This document shows positions 45,845-54,059 of a stretch of DNA of 58,175 nucleotides, in pieces. Location of the stretch: NCBI GenBank assembly GCA_003518365.1, contig DOYU01000013.1, forward strand, positions 12,974-71,148. The letters run 5' to 3'. The stretch comes from Candidatus Magasanikiibacteriota bacterium. Its GTDB lineage: Bacteria; Patescibacteriota; Patescibacteriia; Magasanikbacterales; UBA922. The notes under the pieces were generated by a model that was not told the DNA's origin, did not search any database, and saw nothing but the letters and a program-made list of their open reading frames with translations. Each line of letters opens with the position of its first letter. Position 1 is the first letter of the stretch. The position numbers were made by a program, and so were the translations under genes.

Positions 45845-46909
45845 TTATGAATACAAATCTTTATCAACAAAATTTATTACTTTCTCTGAAGCTCCCCCAG
45901 GGATAGAAAATACTTCACGTTGAATATGCTCGTAATCAATGTCTTTTTTTGCGAAATGATGGACAAATTTAGGCAGTTTTTTCCAGAGACCAAATTTTTG
46001 AGCATCCAAAAAAGGAATATCTAAACAAAAATCAGAGTTCCACATCGGCACAAATTGCTTAAAATTACCAGTCTCAGCCTCTCGCTTTCTATATGGCTTT
46101 ATACTAAAATTCACGATCGGACGCTTACACATTAAAATTTCTTCTATTGCGGTCGTATCAAACCCCACAACACCGCTACTTGCCACAATGAGCTCATGAG
46201 TAATAAATGGATAATATGAAATGTCATTTAAAAAATACTTTCCAAAAAAGTAAAAAATGGGGCGATGACATTTCGGTTTTTTTCCTTTCAAAACAACCGC
46301 GTACCCTACTTTTTTTATTCGCCTCACAATACGGAACACCATAGCAATGCTTAATAATGGATTATTAGGCACGAGGACAAGAATAAATTTACTTGGGAGA
46401 GTATATTTTTTTTGTATTTTTTTTGCATTTAATGTAGAGATAATGTCGTATTTTGGCAATCCCAATGCAACATAATCTTTCTCATTCCACCCTAGATATA
46501 TGCCATATTGTTGATGTGCTACAATTGATGTATCTATCACACCTGCCTGTCTTGCCCGAGGATGAAAATTATCAACACTATGCACAATGCTATAAATCTT
46601 GTACGTACGTTTTTTAAAAAGTTCTGGAGACTCCACAAACGGGTAGGCTTCTTCTGTAAAAACAGCACTGACGGCGTGTTGAGTTAAAAGTGTTGCGAGT
46701 TCCTCATTTCCATCGTACCAAAAAAGTTCATGAAAAGGTAATAGGCGAAGATGCTCTTGATGCAAAAAAGGATTATACTCTGGCTTAAAATGAATATTTT
46801 TATTTACAAAAAGAAGAATCTTGCAATGTCCTTTTTTCTTATATTCTTCAATAAGAGGACCGAGATCTGTAATATGATGATTTGTATGTATAATAAATCC
46901 TATATGCAT
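45845..46909 (-). CDS. hypothetical protein, possibly a GT-B-fold glycosyl- or glycerophospho-transferase
   Basis: 354-aa ORF in operon context. No diagnostic motif was recognised. Confidence 0.5.
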   Translation of the reverse strand: MHIGFIIHTNHHITDLGPLIEEYKKKGHCKILLFVNKNIHFKPEYNPFLHQEHLRLLPFHELFWYDGNEELATLLTQHAVSAVFTEEAYPFVESPELFKKRTYKIYSIVHSVDNFHPRARQAGVIDTSIVAHQQYGIYLGWNEKDYVALGLPKYDIISTLNAKKIQKKYTLPSKFILVLVPNNPLLSIAMVFRIVRRIKKVGYAVVLKGKKPKCHRPIFYFFGKYFLNDISYYPFITHELIVASSGVVGFDTTAIEEILMCKRPIVNFSIKPYRKREAETGNFKQFVPMWNSDFCLDIPFLDAQKFGLWKKLPKFVHHFAKKDIDYEHIQREVFSIPGGASEKVINFVDKDLYS

Positions 46910-46951
46910 ATCAAGCGTATCTACGAATTGAATATATCAGGCGGACTTCCA

Positions 46952-48031
46952 TCATATAGTAAAACCCAACGGGGCATATAATTCGTCGATATACTTTTTT
47001 ACTATCTTCTCGTGTGAAAATTCTTGTACATCAATATATGCTTGCTGGATTATCCTATCGGATAATTGTTTATCACACAAAAGACGATGAGAACTTTCTA
47101 CTAGATCAGAAACGTCTTCTATTTCAGTAAGCATACCATTTTTTTCATCGATGATAACATCGGATGCCATACCAACGCTTGTTGAAACGACAGGTGTTCT
47201 CGTAGCAAAGGATTCCAAAAGAGCTTTTGGTCCACCTTCAACTCGGGATGTTACGATATATAAATCCAAAGCATTGTAATAGTCCACCAGGTCAGCAGCA
47301 TCTTTTACAATATGGTGAGTATATGAGATCGAAGCACCATCAAGTCGTTGTTTTACATACCCCCGTGCTGGCCCAGTAAGAAGCACGTGCAAATTGTCGT
47401 TCTTCTCTGACAGCCGTATAAGTGTATCACACAAAATATCGGGACCCTTTTCAAACTTTGGATCATTCCCATCCGCCCATCCCATACCATCTTTTTGAAA
47501 TGAACCAATTATTTTTTTATGTGCGGGGAGACCCAATTCTTTTCGGATCTGTGTTCGTTTCTGGATTTCATAAGGTCGCCACACATCGAAATTAATACTT
47601 TGTGGAATAATTCGTAATTTTTTTTTATCCAAACCATATTCAAGAAGCGTATTCGCAGTTTTTGAACATGTTGTATGCACAATATCTATATATTTATTGA
47701 TCTCAGGGATTGCCCGAAGTCGTGGATCATTATCTATGACGTGATACCACGTTAACACATATATATTAGAATGATGTCCCAACTTTAAGCGCCCATCTAT
47801 GTCAACTAAGGCGCTTACACTCCCATAATGGATGATTTTTTTTCTTAAAAAGAGTGGGCTATACGTTATCATCGCACTGCTTTTATATACTGCATTGAGT
47901 CCTTGGACAATTTCTTGTGCGATATCTTTAATTACCCAGTCTGCTGTTTCTGAAATATATGCAAGTTTTCCACGAAAAAAAATATTCTTTACTGCAGAAT
48001 AGATTTTTTTTTTAACAGCAGCTACTCGCAT
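46952..48031 (-). CDS. glycosyltransferase family 4
   Basis: The ORF track start is 48070; M14 (48031) is preferred. Motif: EGGPKALLESFATRTPVVST. Confidence 0.78.
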   Translation of the reverse strand: MRVAAVKKKIYSAVKNIFFRGKLAYISETADWVIKDIAQEIVQGLNAVYKSSAMITYSPLFLRKKIIHYGSVSALVDIDGRLKLGHHSNIYVLTWYHVIDNDPRLRAIPEINKYIDIVHTTCSKTANTLLEYGLDKKKLRIIPQSINFDVWRPYEIQKRTQIRKELGLPAHKKIIGSFQKDGMGWADGNDPKFEKGPDILCDTLIRLSEKNDNLHVLLTGPARGYVKQRLDGASISYTHHIVKDAADLVDYYNALDLYIVTSRVEGGPKALLESFATRTPVVSTSVGMASDVIIDEKNGMLTEIEDVSDLVESSHRLLCDKQLSDRIIQQAYIDVQEFSHEKIVKKYIDELYAPLGFTI

Positions 48032-48042
48032 ATAACAAAATA

Positions 48043-48708
48043 TTAGGACTTCTTCGCCACTCCCCAACATTCACCAAACTGCACAGAATATTTTTGCAAT
48101 GTCCAGCCCGCCTCTTCTAGTTCTGTTTTTAATATATCGATAGTATATTCGAGATAATGCGTCAAGTCGAGACGATATTCAAATCCATGTTGTTTTTTAA
48201 ACAACACCAACCAATCTCTATCAATCATCGGCACACGAATGAGTATGGTGTCCGACAAATGATGCAACCCCTTCAAAAAGTCAATTCGTTTTTCAATGTG
48301 TTCTAATACATTGGACAAAATAATCGCATCAAATGTAGTGTTAAACCTGTATGTGAGAGCATCACCAAAAATATATTCAATATTCTTTTTGGTATATTTT
48401 TTTTGAGCCTGCGCTATGTTTTTTTCATTCATGTCTATACCTACTACAGTCCCAGCGACATCAGCCACATGGTACGCATTTACCCCATTGCCGCATCCAA
48501 TATCTATGACAGAATCCCCAGGCTTTATATGAGACCGAAAAAAATGATAATAGCCGATGATTTCATGTTTTGGATGAATCCCGTTGTTCCCTAAAATAGC
48601 GAGCTTACTCAAGACTTTATAACAAACATTGTCAATCTTTACAAAGAATGAAACAAACCAACGGTTTATCATCGGCAAAGACAGTATGCTATACAGAAAT
48701 TTCCTCAT
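48043..48708 (-). CDS. class I SAM-dependent methyltransferase
   Basis: 221 aa with VIDIGCGNGVNAY and AIILSNVLEHI. Confidence 0.75.
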   Translation of the reverse strand: MRKFLYSILSLPMINRWFVSFFVKIDNVCYKVLSKLAILGNNGIHPKHEIIGYYHFFRSHIKPGDSVIDIGCGNGVNAYHVADVAGTVVGIDMNEKNIAQAQKKYTKKNIEYIFGDALTYRFNTTFDAIILSNVLEHIEKRIDFLKGLHHLSDTILIRVPMIDRDWLVLFKKQHGFEYRLDLTHYLEYTIDILKTELEEAGWTLQKYSVQFGECWGVAKKS

Positions 48709-50626
48709 ACATGTGTGTTTCTAAATCAATAACATGATCTAATGAATAGTGTGCGTGAAGCCATATCGCGGCTTGTCTACCCAATCTTGGAAGTAATTCA
48801 GGAGTATTCACGATGGTGTGAAGCACACGTGACAGGTCTTCGACCGTAGGGGCCGCTAATAGCCCATTTTCTCCATCAATAATCACATTGCTGATTCCCT
48901 CTACGTCTGTTCCTACGACAGGGCATCCTGTTGCCATTGCCTCTAGCAACACTTTTGGATTTCCTTCATACAAACTTGGCAATACAAAGATATCACATGC
49001 ATGGAGGTATGATGGCAATTCATCATGCGGCTTATTGCCCAAAAAATCTACATCCAGATGCAATTCTTTTGACAGAGCCACTAATTCGTCTTTCATCTCT
49101 CCCTGCCCGATCATAGTGAGATGCACTTTTGGGAGAGTGGACAGTGAGCGAAAAAACACTGGCAAATTTTTTTGCTCTGTGAATCTTCCTATGAACAGTA
49201 CTTCCAAATTCCTTTCTTGTCTATACGTGTGTTCTTTGTGGCTTGGTGTAAATACACTGGTGTCTACAAAATTTGGGATAATACGTATGTTGTGTCTATA
49301 TTTTTCAGGATACCATGCTTTTTCGTTTTCTGTCGCTACCACGAGTGTTGCGCCAGCACGGATGGCAAATCTCTCGAGCACTTTTCCAAATGCATACCGT
49401 ACCCATTGTTTTTTCCGTTTCGCAAAATAACTATACGTATAACCGGTACGAATGATAAGCGGTTTTTTCACGAGCCACTGGGCTACGATCGCTGCCCAAC
49501 TTCCCATCATCTGATTTGTTTTCAATATGTTCATTTGCTTAAGCGTCTTTCTATGTATAAACGGTACCAACCAAGAATAGAGCATATTAGGCATATGCGC
49601 AGGCTTTGGATGGACAATGATATTGTCTTTTGCTAGTTCGGCAACAAAACGGGTATCTTCCTGACTATATGTAAATAAATGGACAGTTCCATATTCCTTG
49701 GCAATTCGTTTGTAGAGGGCTATTTCTCTATGATACATACCAATCTTCTCCCATACTGACAAAGAAATGCCATAAGTGAAGAATAATGCCACTTTTGGTG
49801 TTGTATTTTTTGGTAGTAAAGAAGACATATTAGTTGTTTTTTTTCGTAACAGGGTACGTTGGACAGAACGCGGTAATAGTACCCAGCCAAGTCTCATGCC
49901 AATATACCAAATTCCTATGAAAAAGGGATAGCCGTATCTGGTAATCGCATACCAACGTGCCCGTATGCCATCCCATTGTTGTCGTGTACTTTTTGCAGAA
50001 ATACTATTGTCATGATCACGCCAAGACAACAAGGGCGCAGAAATATTTGCCAGTGCATATGTCTTACTCAATCGAAATAGCAATTCATAATCCTGACTCT
50101 TTTTAAAAGAAAGATCATACCATCCAAGCTCTTTCAGACAAGATACTCGAATCATCAGACTACTATGCACAAATACATTGTTGAAAAGCAGCTGCGTTCG
50201 TATGTCTGCATCTTCTGTCGGGACATCCTTTTTACCTATGATCTTCCCATTGCTATCGATGATATGCGCAGCACTCCCGACAGCAGCAATATCCTTGTGT
50301 GCTTCGAGAAATGCATATTGCACAGAAAATCGTTCTGGTGTGGCAATATCATCGGCATCCATACGAGCGATATATGCCCCTTGCGCTTCTTCACACGCTC
50401 TGTTGAGTGATGCCGTGAGCCCCAGATTCGTCTGATTCGTGAGTACACGAATACGAGGATCATTGGCCGCTATCTGTGCAAGAACATCAGCAGACGCATC
50501 TTTTGAAGCATCATTGACAATGAGAAATTCAAAATCATCAAAGGTCTGCGCCAAGATGCTCTTCACAGCCGCTTCGAGATACAAGGCTCCATTGTAGACG
50601 CTCATGATGACAGTAATGGCTGGCAT
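48689..50626 (-). CDS. bifunctional glycosyltransferase (N-terminal GT2 fused to C-terminal GT4)
   Basis: The ORF track start is 50824. M67 (50626) gives MPAITVIMSVYNGALYLE..IVNDASKD..MDADD. The C-terminal half has YEGNPKVLLEAMATGCPVVGT. Confidence 0.8.
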   Translation of the reverse strand: MPAITVIMSVYNGALYLEAAVKSILAQTFDDFEFLIVNDASKDASADVLAQIAANDPRIRVLTNQTNLGLTASLNRACEEAQGAYIARMDADDIATPERFSVQYAFLEAHKDIAAVGSAAHIIDSNGKIIGKKDVPTEDADIRTQLLFNNVFVHSSLMIRVSCLKELGWYDLSFKKSQDYELLFRLSKTYALANISAPLLSWRDHDNSISAKSTRQQWDGIRARWYAITRYGYPFFIGIWYIGMRLGWVLLPRSVQRTLLRKKTTNMSSLLPKNTTPKVALFFTYGISLSVWEKIGMYHREIALYKRIAKEYGTVHLFTYSQEDTRFVAELAKDNIIVHPKPAHMPNMLYSWLVPFIHRKTLKQMNILKTNQMMGSWAAIVAQWLVKKPLIIRTGYTYSYFAKRKKQWVRYAFGKVLERFAIRAGATLVVATENEKAWYPEKYRHNIRIIPNFVDTSVFTPSHKEHTYRQERNLEVLFIGRFTEQKNLPVFFRSLSTLPKVHLTMIGQGEMKDELVALSKELHLDVDFLGNKPHDELPSYLHACDIFVLPSLYEGNPKVLLEAMATGCPVVGTDVEGISNVIIDGENGLLAAPTVEDLSRVLHTIVNTPELLPRLGRQAAIWLHAHYSLDHVIDLETHMYEEISV

Positions 50627-50695
50627 AAATTTGCTTATTTTAGCAGAAATAGTATAATGGACCTCTACATATGTGTCAAGAAAAATTTTCTTCAT

Positions 50696-51862
50696 ATGAC
50701 CATACTTCTCGCTATCACCCAGACACATTGGGGAGGGGCGCAACAATACGTGTATGATATTGCGTTGGGCTATATGACGGCAGGGCATACCGTTGTCGTA
50801 GCAGCAGGCGAAGATGCACAACACAGTACCCTATTTCAAAAATTGAATGCAAAAGGCATTGAAACACATGCGCTTCGCTCTCTGCGCAGATCCTTCCATC
50901 CAGTCCATGATATACTCGCAATAGTTGAATTTTCCCGTCTGTTGCAAAGCATACAGCCAAATCTGGTACATCTCAACAGCTCAAAAATGAGTATTATTGG
51001 GACACTGGGGTTGCGGCATAGTCGATTGACAGCAAAACTTATCTATACAGCACATGGATGGGTTTTCCATGAAGACCATCATCCTGCACGAACATATGTG
51101 TACACATGGCTCGAAAAATATACCGCACCTGACAAAGATGCGATCATCACGGTGTCGCAAAAAGATGCTGATACCGCATATACAGTTCTGGGCTATCCAA
51201 AGGAAAAAACTCATTGCATTCATTTAGGCATATCAACACATACACCGATGCCTGCATCTGAGGCAAAAAAGAAACTCTCTACACAATATGGTGTCCCGAA
51301 CACTCAAGGTCAGATACTTTTTGGGACAATTGCAAATTTTTATCACACAAAAGGAATTGATATCTACCTCCATGCTCTCGCATTGCTAGCAAAAGAACAA
51401 GGACTCCCTCCATGGCATGCGATCATTATAGGAGATGGAGAACAAAAAAAAATTCTCCAATCTCTCATTGAAACATATCACTTGCAACAGCAAGTGACCC
51501 TTCCTGGCTTTATTGCCGAGGCATCGTCATATGTCCCTGCCTTCGATTGGTATGTACTCCCCTCTCGAAAAGAAGGATTCCCCTATGTTCTCCTAGAAGC
51601 GGCAACAGCAAATATCCCAATTATTGCGACCAATGTAGGCGGCGTCTCTGAATTTGTAGAAGATACAAAAACAGGTTTTCTGGTTACACCAAAAAATCCA
51701 CAGGATCTGAGGAGAGCTTTGCACGATGCCTTACAGACACCTGCCACAACCAAAGAAAGTATGCAAAAAAATCTTGCAGGAGCGCTGAAACAATATCAGT
51801 TCAAATCCATGATTACTCAGACTCTGGCACTGGTTCAAGCAATATTTCAGGAAGCTCCATAA
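50696..51862 (+). CDS. glycosyltransferase family 4
   Basis: The ORF track start is 50657. M14 (50696) gives MTILLAITQTHWGGAQQYV. Motif: KEGFPYVLLEAATANIPIIAT. Confidence 0.82.
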   Translation: MTILLAITQTHWGGAQQYVYDIALGYMTAGHTVVVAAGEDAQHSTLFQKLNAKGIETHALRSLRRSFHPVHDILAIVEFSRLLQSIQPNLVHLNSSKMSIIGTLGLRHSRLTAKLIYTAHGWVFHEDHHPARTYVYTWLEKYTAPDKDAIITVSQKDADTAYTVLGYPKEKTHCIHLGISTHTPMPASEAKKKLSTQYGVPNTQGQILFGTIANFYHTKGIDIYLHALALLAKEQGLPPWHAIIIGDGEQKKILQSLIETYHLQQQVTLPGFIAEASSYVPAFDWYVLPSRKEGFPYVLLEAATANIPIIATNVGGVSEFVEDTKTGFLVTPKNPQDLRRALHDALQTPATTKESMQKNLAGALKQYQFKSMITQTLALVQAIFQEAP

Positions 51863-53891
51863 TGGCATCACGAATAATCGCTCCTTCTGAGTGAAAGGTG
51901 ACTCCCAGTTCTTCTGCTTCTCGAATGACTTTTTTTGCTTCCCCTATTTGCCCCAATTGTTTCAAATATGCTGCTTTTCGCCACCATCCTTCTTGGACGA
52001 GTGGTTCAGCCGCTATGGTCTCATCGATGAGTGCAAAGGCTTCCTCGGTTTTGCCGAGCTGCATTTTTATCACAGACAAGAAATACTTCACTTGTTGTCT
52101 TTGTGGAGAATACTCCATAGCCTGGGTTATGATTTGTTCAGCATGGAGCACGTAATCCAGCTTTGAGGTGAGATACGTTGCGTATTGATCTAGCTGTGCA
52201 AGTGACAGATAATATCGTATATCCAGGGGATGGAGTTGTATATTTTTTTCAAGAGCGTCTATCGCTACTTGGACAAGCTTTTCTACTTGTTCATCAGTAT
52301 TCTGTTTTCTGAGACTTTCAGCTTGCCCTCCTACCGTACGAGCAAAGTCAGCTCGGATATCATCTATATGTGGAGAAGGGTATGAGGCTATCTGATCATA
52401 CGACGAAAGAATAGTATCGATATTTCCACTTTGAAACGACCGTATTGTCGCAACCGTAGCCATATTTGCCCGTGCAGGATTTATATTTGTCGTATAGATG
52501 AGTAGTACCACACACAGCATCACAAGTCCGGAAAGAGGTCCTATAGTTACTTTTTGAGACACTGCTTTCTTTTTTTCCTCTCCGGCACTGGCCGTGGCTT
52601 GCTTTTCTGAAGTAATCAGTACGTGTACATATCCCAACATGAAGAAGAAAAAGAGCGATGACGTAAGATCTTCAAATACGAAAAAATTGTGAACAAAATG
52701 AGCCGCAAAGAAACAAGCAAATACTATATATTCCAATTTCAGAAAATCACTTTCTTCTCTCTTGGCGCGCAGAAGCAATATAATAGCAGGCAGAGCAAAG
52801 AGCAATACATAACTCACTGCCCCCAAAATGCCTTGGACAGCGAGGGTATTTAAGAACGCATTATGCGCACTATCAAACCATGTTTCTCCCACTCCATGTG
52901 TTAAAAATTTTGGGCGATAATATTTGTTAAATGCAAAAAAATAGCCGGCAGGACCCCAACCAAAGACTGGCTTTTCTTCCCATGCTTCCACTGCAATACC
53001 CCATGCCATTACACGTGTTTCTGCAGAATCCGCACTCAGAGATGTATTTAATAAGCGTCCAACACCAGGAATAGCCTTCACAAAGGACGTTTCTCTGACG
53101 AAAAAGAGCGCCCCGGCAAGAATCAGTAAACTCACAAAACCAACAGCAAGATATCTTCGCACGGAAGCCTGTCTGGAAAAAATCATCACCAAAAACAAAC
53201 AAAGAACCACAGCACCAATCAGTGCCAGCAATGTCCCTCGTGTCCCGCTCAACAATACGGCAAGCGCGGAAATAATAACACCAGCCCCATATATCCATCT
53301 ATGCAATCGTTCTTTTCCTTTCAGGAATAGTACGGTTGACAAAAAGAACAAAAATAAAGCATACCCACCATAGTAAATAGGATTCCCTAATGTTGAAGAC
53401 ACACGGTCGCTTCCTCTATTCAATAAAAACTCAGGGTTTACCACTTGCCAAAATCCAATAAGCAATACTCCCATTCCCATCCCAAAAAACCATGGAAAAA
53501 GGGATTGCCACGCTTCTCTTGTACGAAAGACTGAAGATAAAATAAGAAAGTAAAGAACATAGTGGATGATGGTAAAGGTTCCCAGCATACGCTCATGCCC
53601 ATCCCAAAAACTACGATACCAATCAACACCCACAAAGGTTGATATTACCCAGCTTGCTAAAAAGAAAAGAACACTCAAGGAGACCACGCTCAATCGAGGT
53701 TTATAGGTTTGCCAATCATTCTTCAATAATAATATATATACTCCAAGCATGAGCAGGACAATGCTTCGGAAAACAACAGCCTTCAATACAATAAATGGAA
53801 AAATAAACTGTTGCGCGAGCACCAACAAAGGGATACAAAAAGACGCTATCGTCAACCATGTCATCACCTTTGTGTACGTAGAAATTCTCAT
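51813..53891 (-). CDS. O-antigen ligase/Wzy_C-family polytopic membrane protein with a C-terminal TPR domain (candidate O-oligosaccharyltransferase)
   Basis: 692 aa. The first ~450 aa are multi-TM with a large loop, as in the Wzy_C family. The last ~200 aa form TPR-like helical repeats (YYLSLAQLDQY.., EEAFALIDETIAAEP, WRKAAYLKQLGQIGEAKKVI). Confidence 0.75.
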   Translation of the reverse strand: MRISTYTKVMTWLTIASFCIPLLVLAQQFIFPFIVLKAVVFRSIVLLMLGVYILLLKNDWQTYKPRLSVVSLSVLFFLASWVISTFVGVDWYRSFWDGHERMLGTFTIIHYVLYFLILSSVFRTREAWQSLFPWFFGMGMGVLLIGFWQVVNPEFLLNRGSDRVSSTLGNPIYYGGYALFLFFLSTVLFLKGKERLHRWIYGAGVIISALAVLLSGTRGTLLALIGAVVLCLFLVMIFSRQASVRRYLAVGFVSLLILAGALFFVRETSFVKAIPGVGRLLNTSLSADSAETRVMAWGIAVEAWEEKPVFGWGPAGYFFAFNKYYRPKFLTHGVGETWFDSAHNAFLNTLAVQGILGAVSYVLLFALPAIILLLRAKREESDFLKLEYIVFACFFAAHFVHNFFVFEDLTSSLFFFFMLGYVHVLITSEKQATASAGEEKKKAVSQKVTIGPLSGLVMLCVVLLIYTTNINPARANMATVATIRSFQSGNIDTILSSYDQIASYPSPHIDDIRADFARTVGGQAESLRKQNTDEQVEKLVQVAIDALEKNIQLHPLDIRYYLSLAQLDQYATYLTSKLDYVLHAEQIITQAMEYSPQRQQVKYFLSVIKMQLGKTEEAFALIDETIAAEPLVQEGWWRKAAYLKQLGQIGEAKKVIREAEELGVTFHSEGAIIRDAIMELPEILLEPVPESE

Positions 53892-53975
53892 ACAAGGATA
53901 GGATATTTCATGAATAAGAAGAAATACAAGATCGTACTCATCATATCAAAAGTGATGCCTCGTGACAAGCATAGA

Positions 53976-54003
53976 AAAAGACCTGCCGAAAGGCAGGTCT
54001 TTT
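53976..54003. terminator. bidirectional terminator after the surface-protein gene
   Basis: Hairpin aaaagacctgcc-gaaa-ggcaggtctttt. Confidence 0.65.
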
Positions 54004-54059
54004 CTATGTCGAATCCTCTAGGAGGACGCTACATGTATGTAGACGAGAGGTACTTCCTA

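Noticed and set aside
32700-50600. Impression that the methyltransferase/glycosyltransferase locus is more AT-rich than the core genes (possible second island).
   Set aside because: Hand counts of single lines vary too much (28-57% in core genes) to support this. A computed sliding-window GC or codon-usage profile is needed before claiming it.
51813-51862. 50-nt overlap between the convergent 3' ends of the GT4 gene and the Wzy_C-TPR gene, as a possible sign of a frameshift or mis-called stop.
   Set aside because: Both C-termini read as plausible protein tails and both ORFs are intact. Convergent overlap is tolerated, and there is no evidence of a pseudogene.
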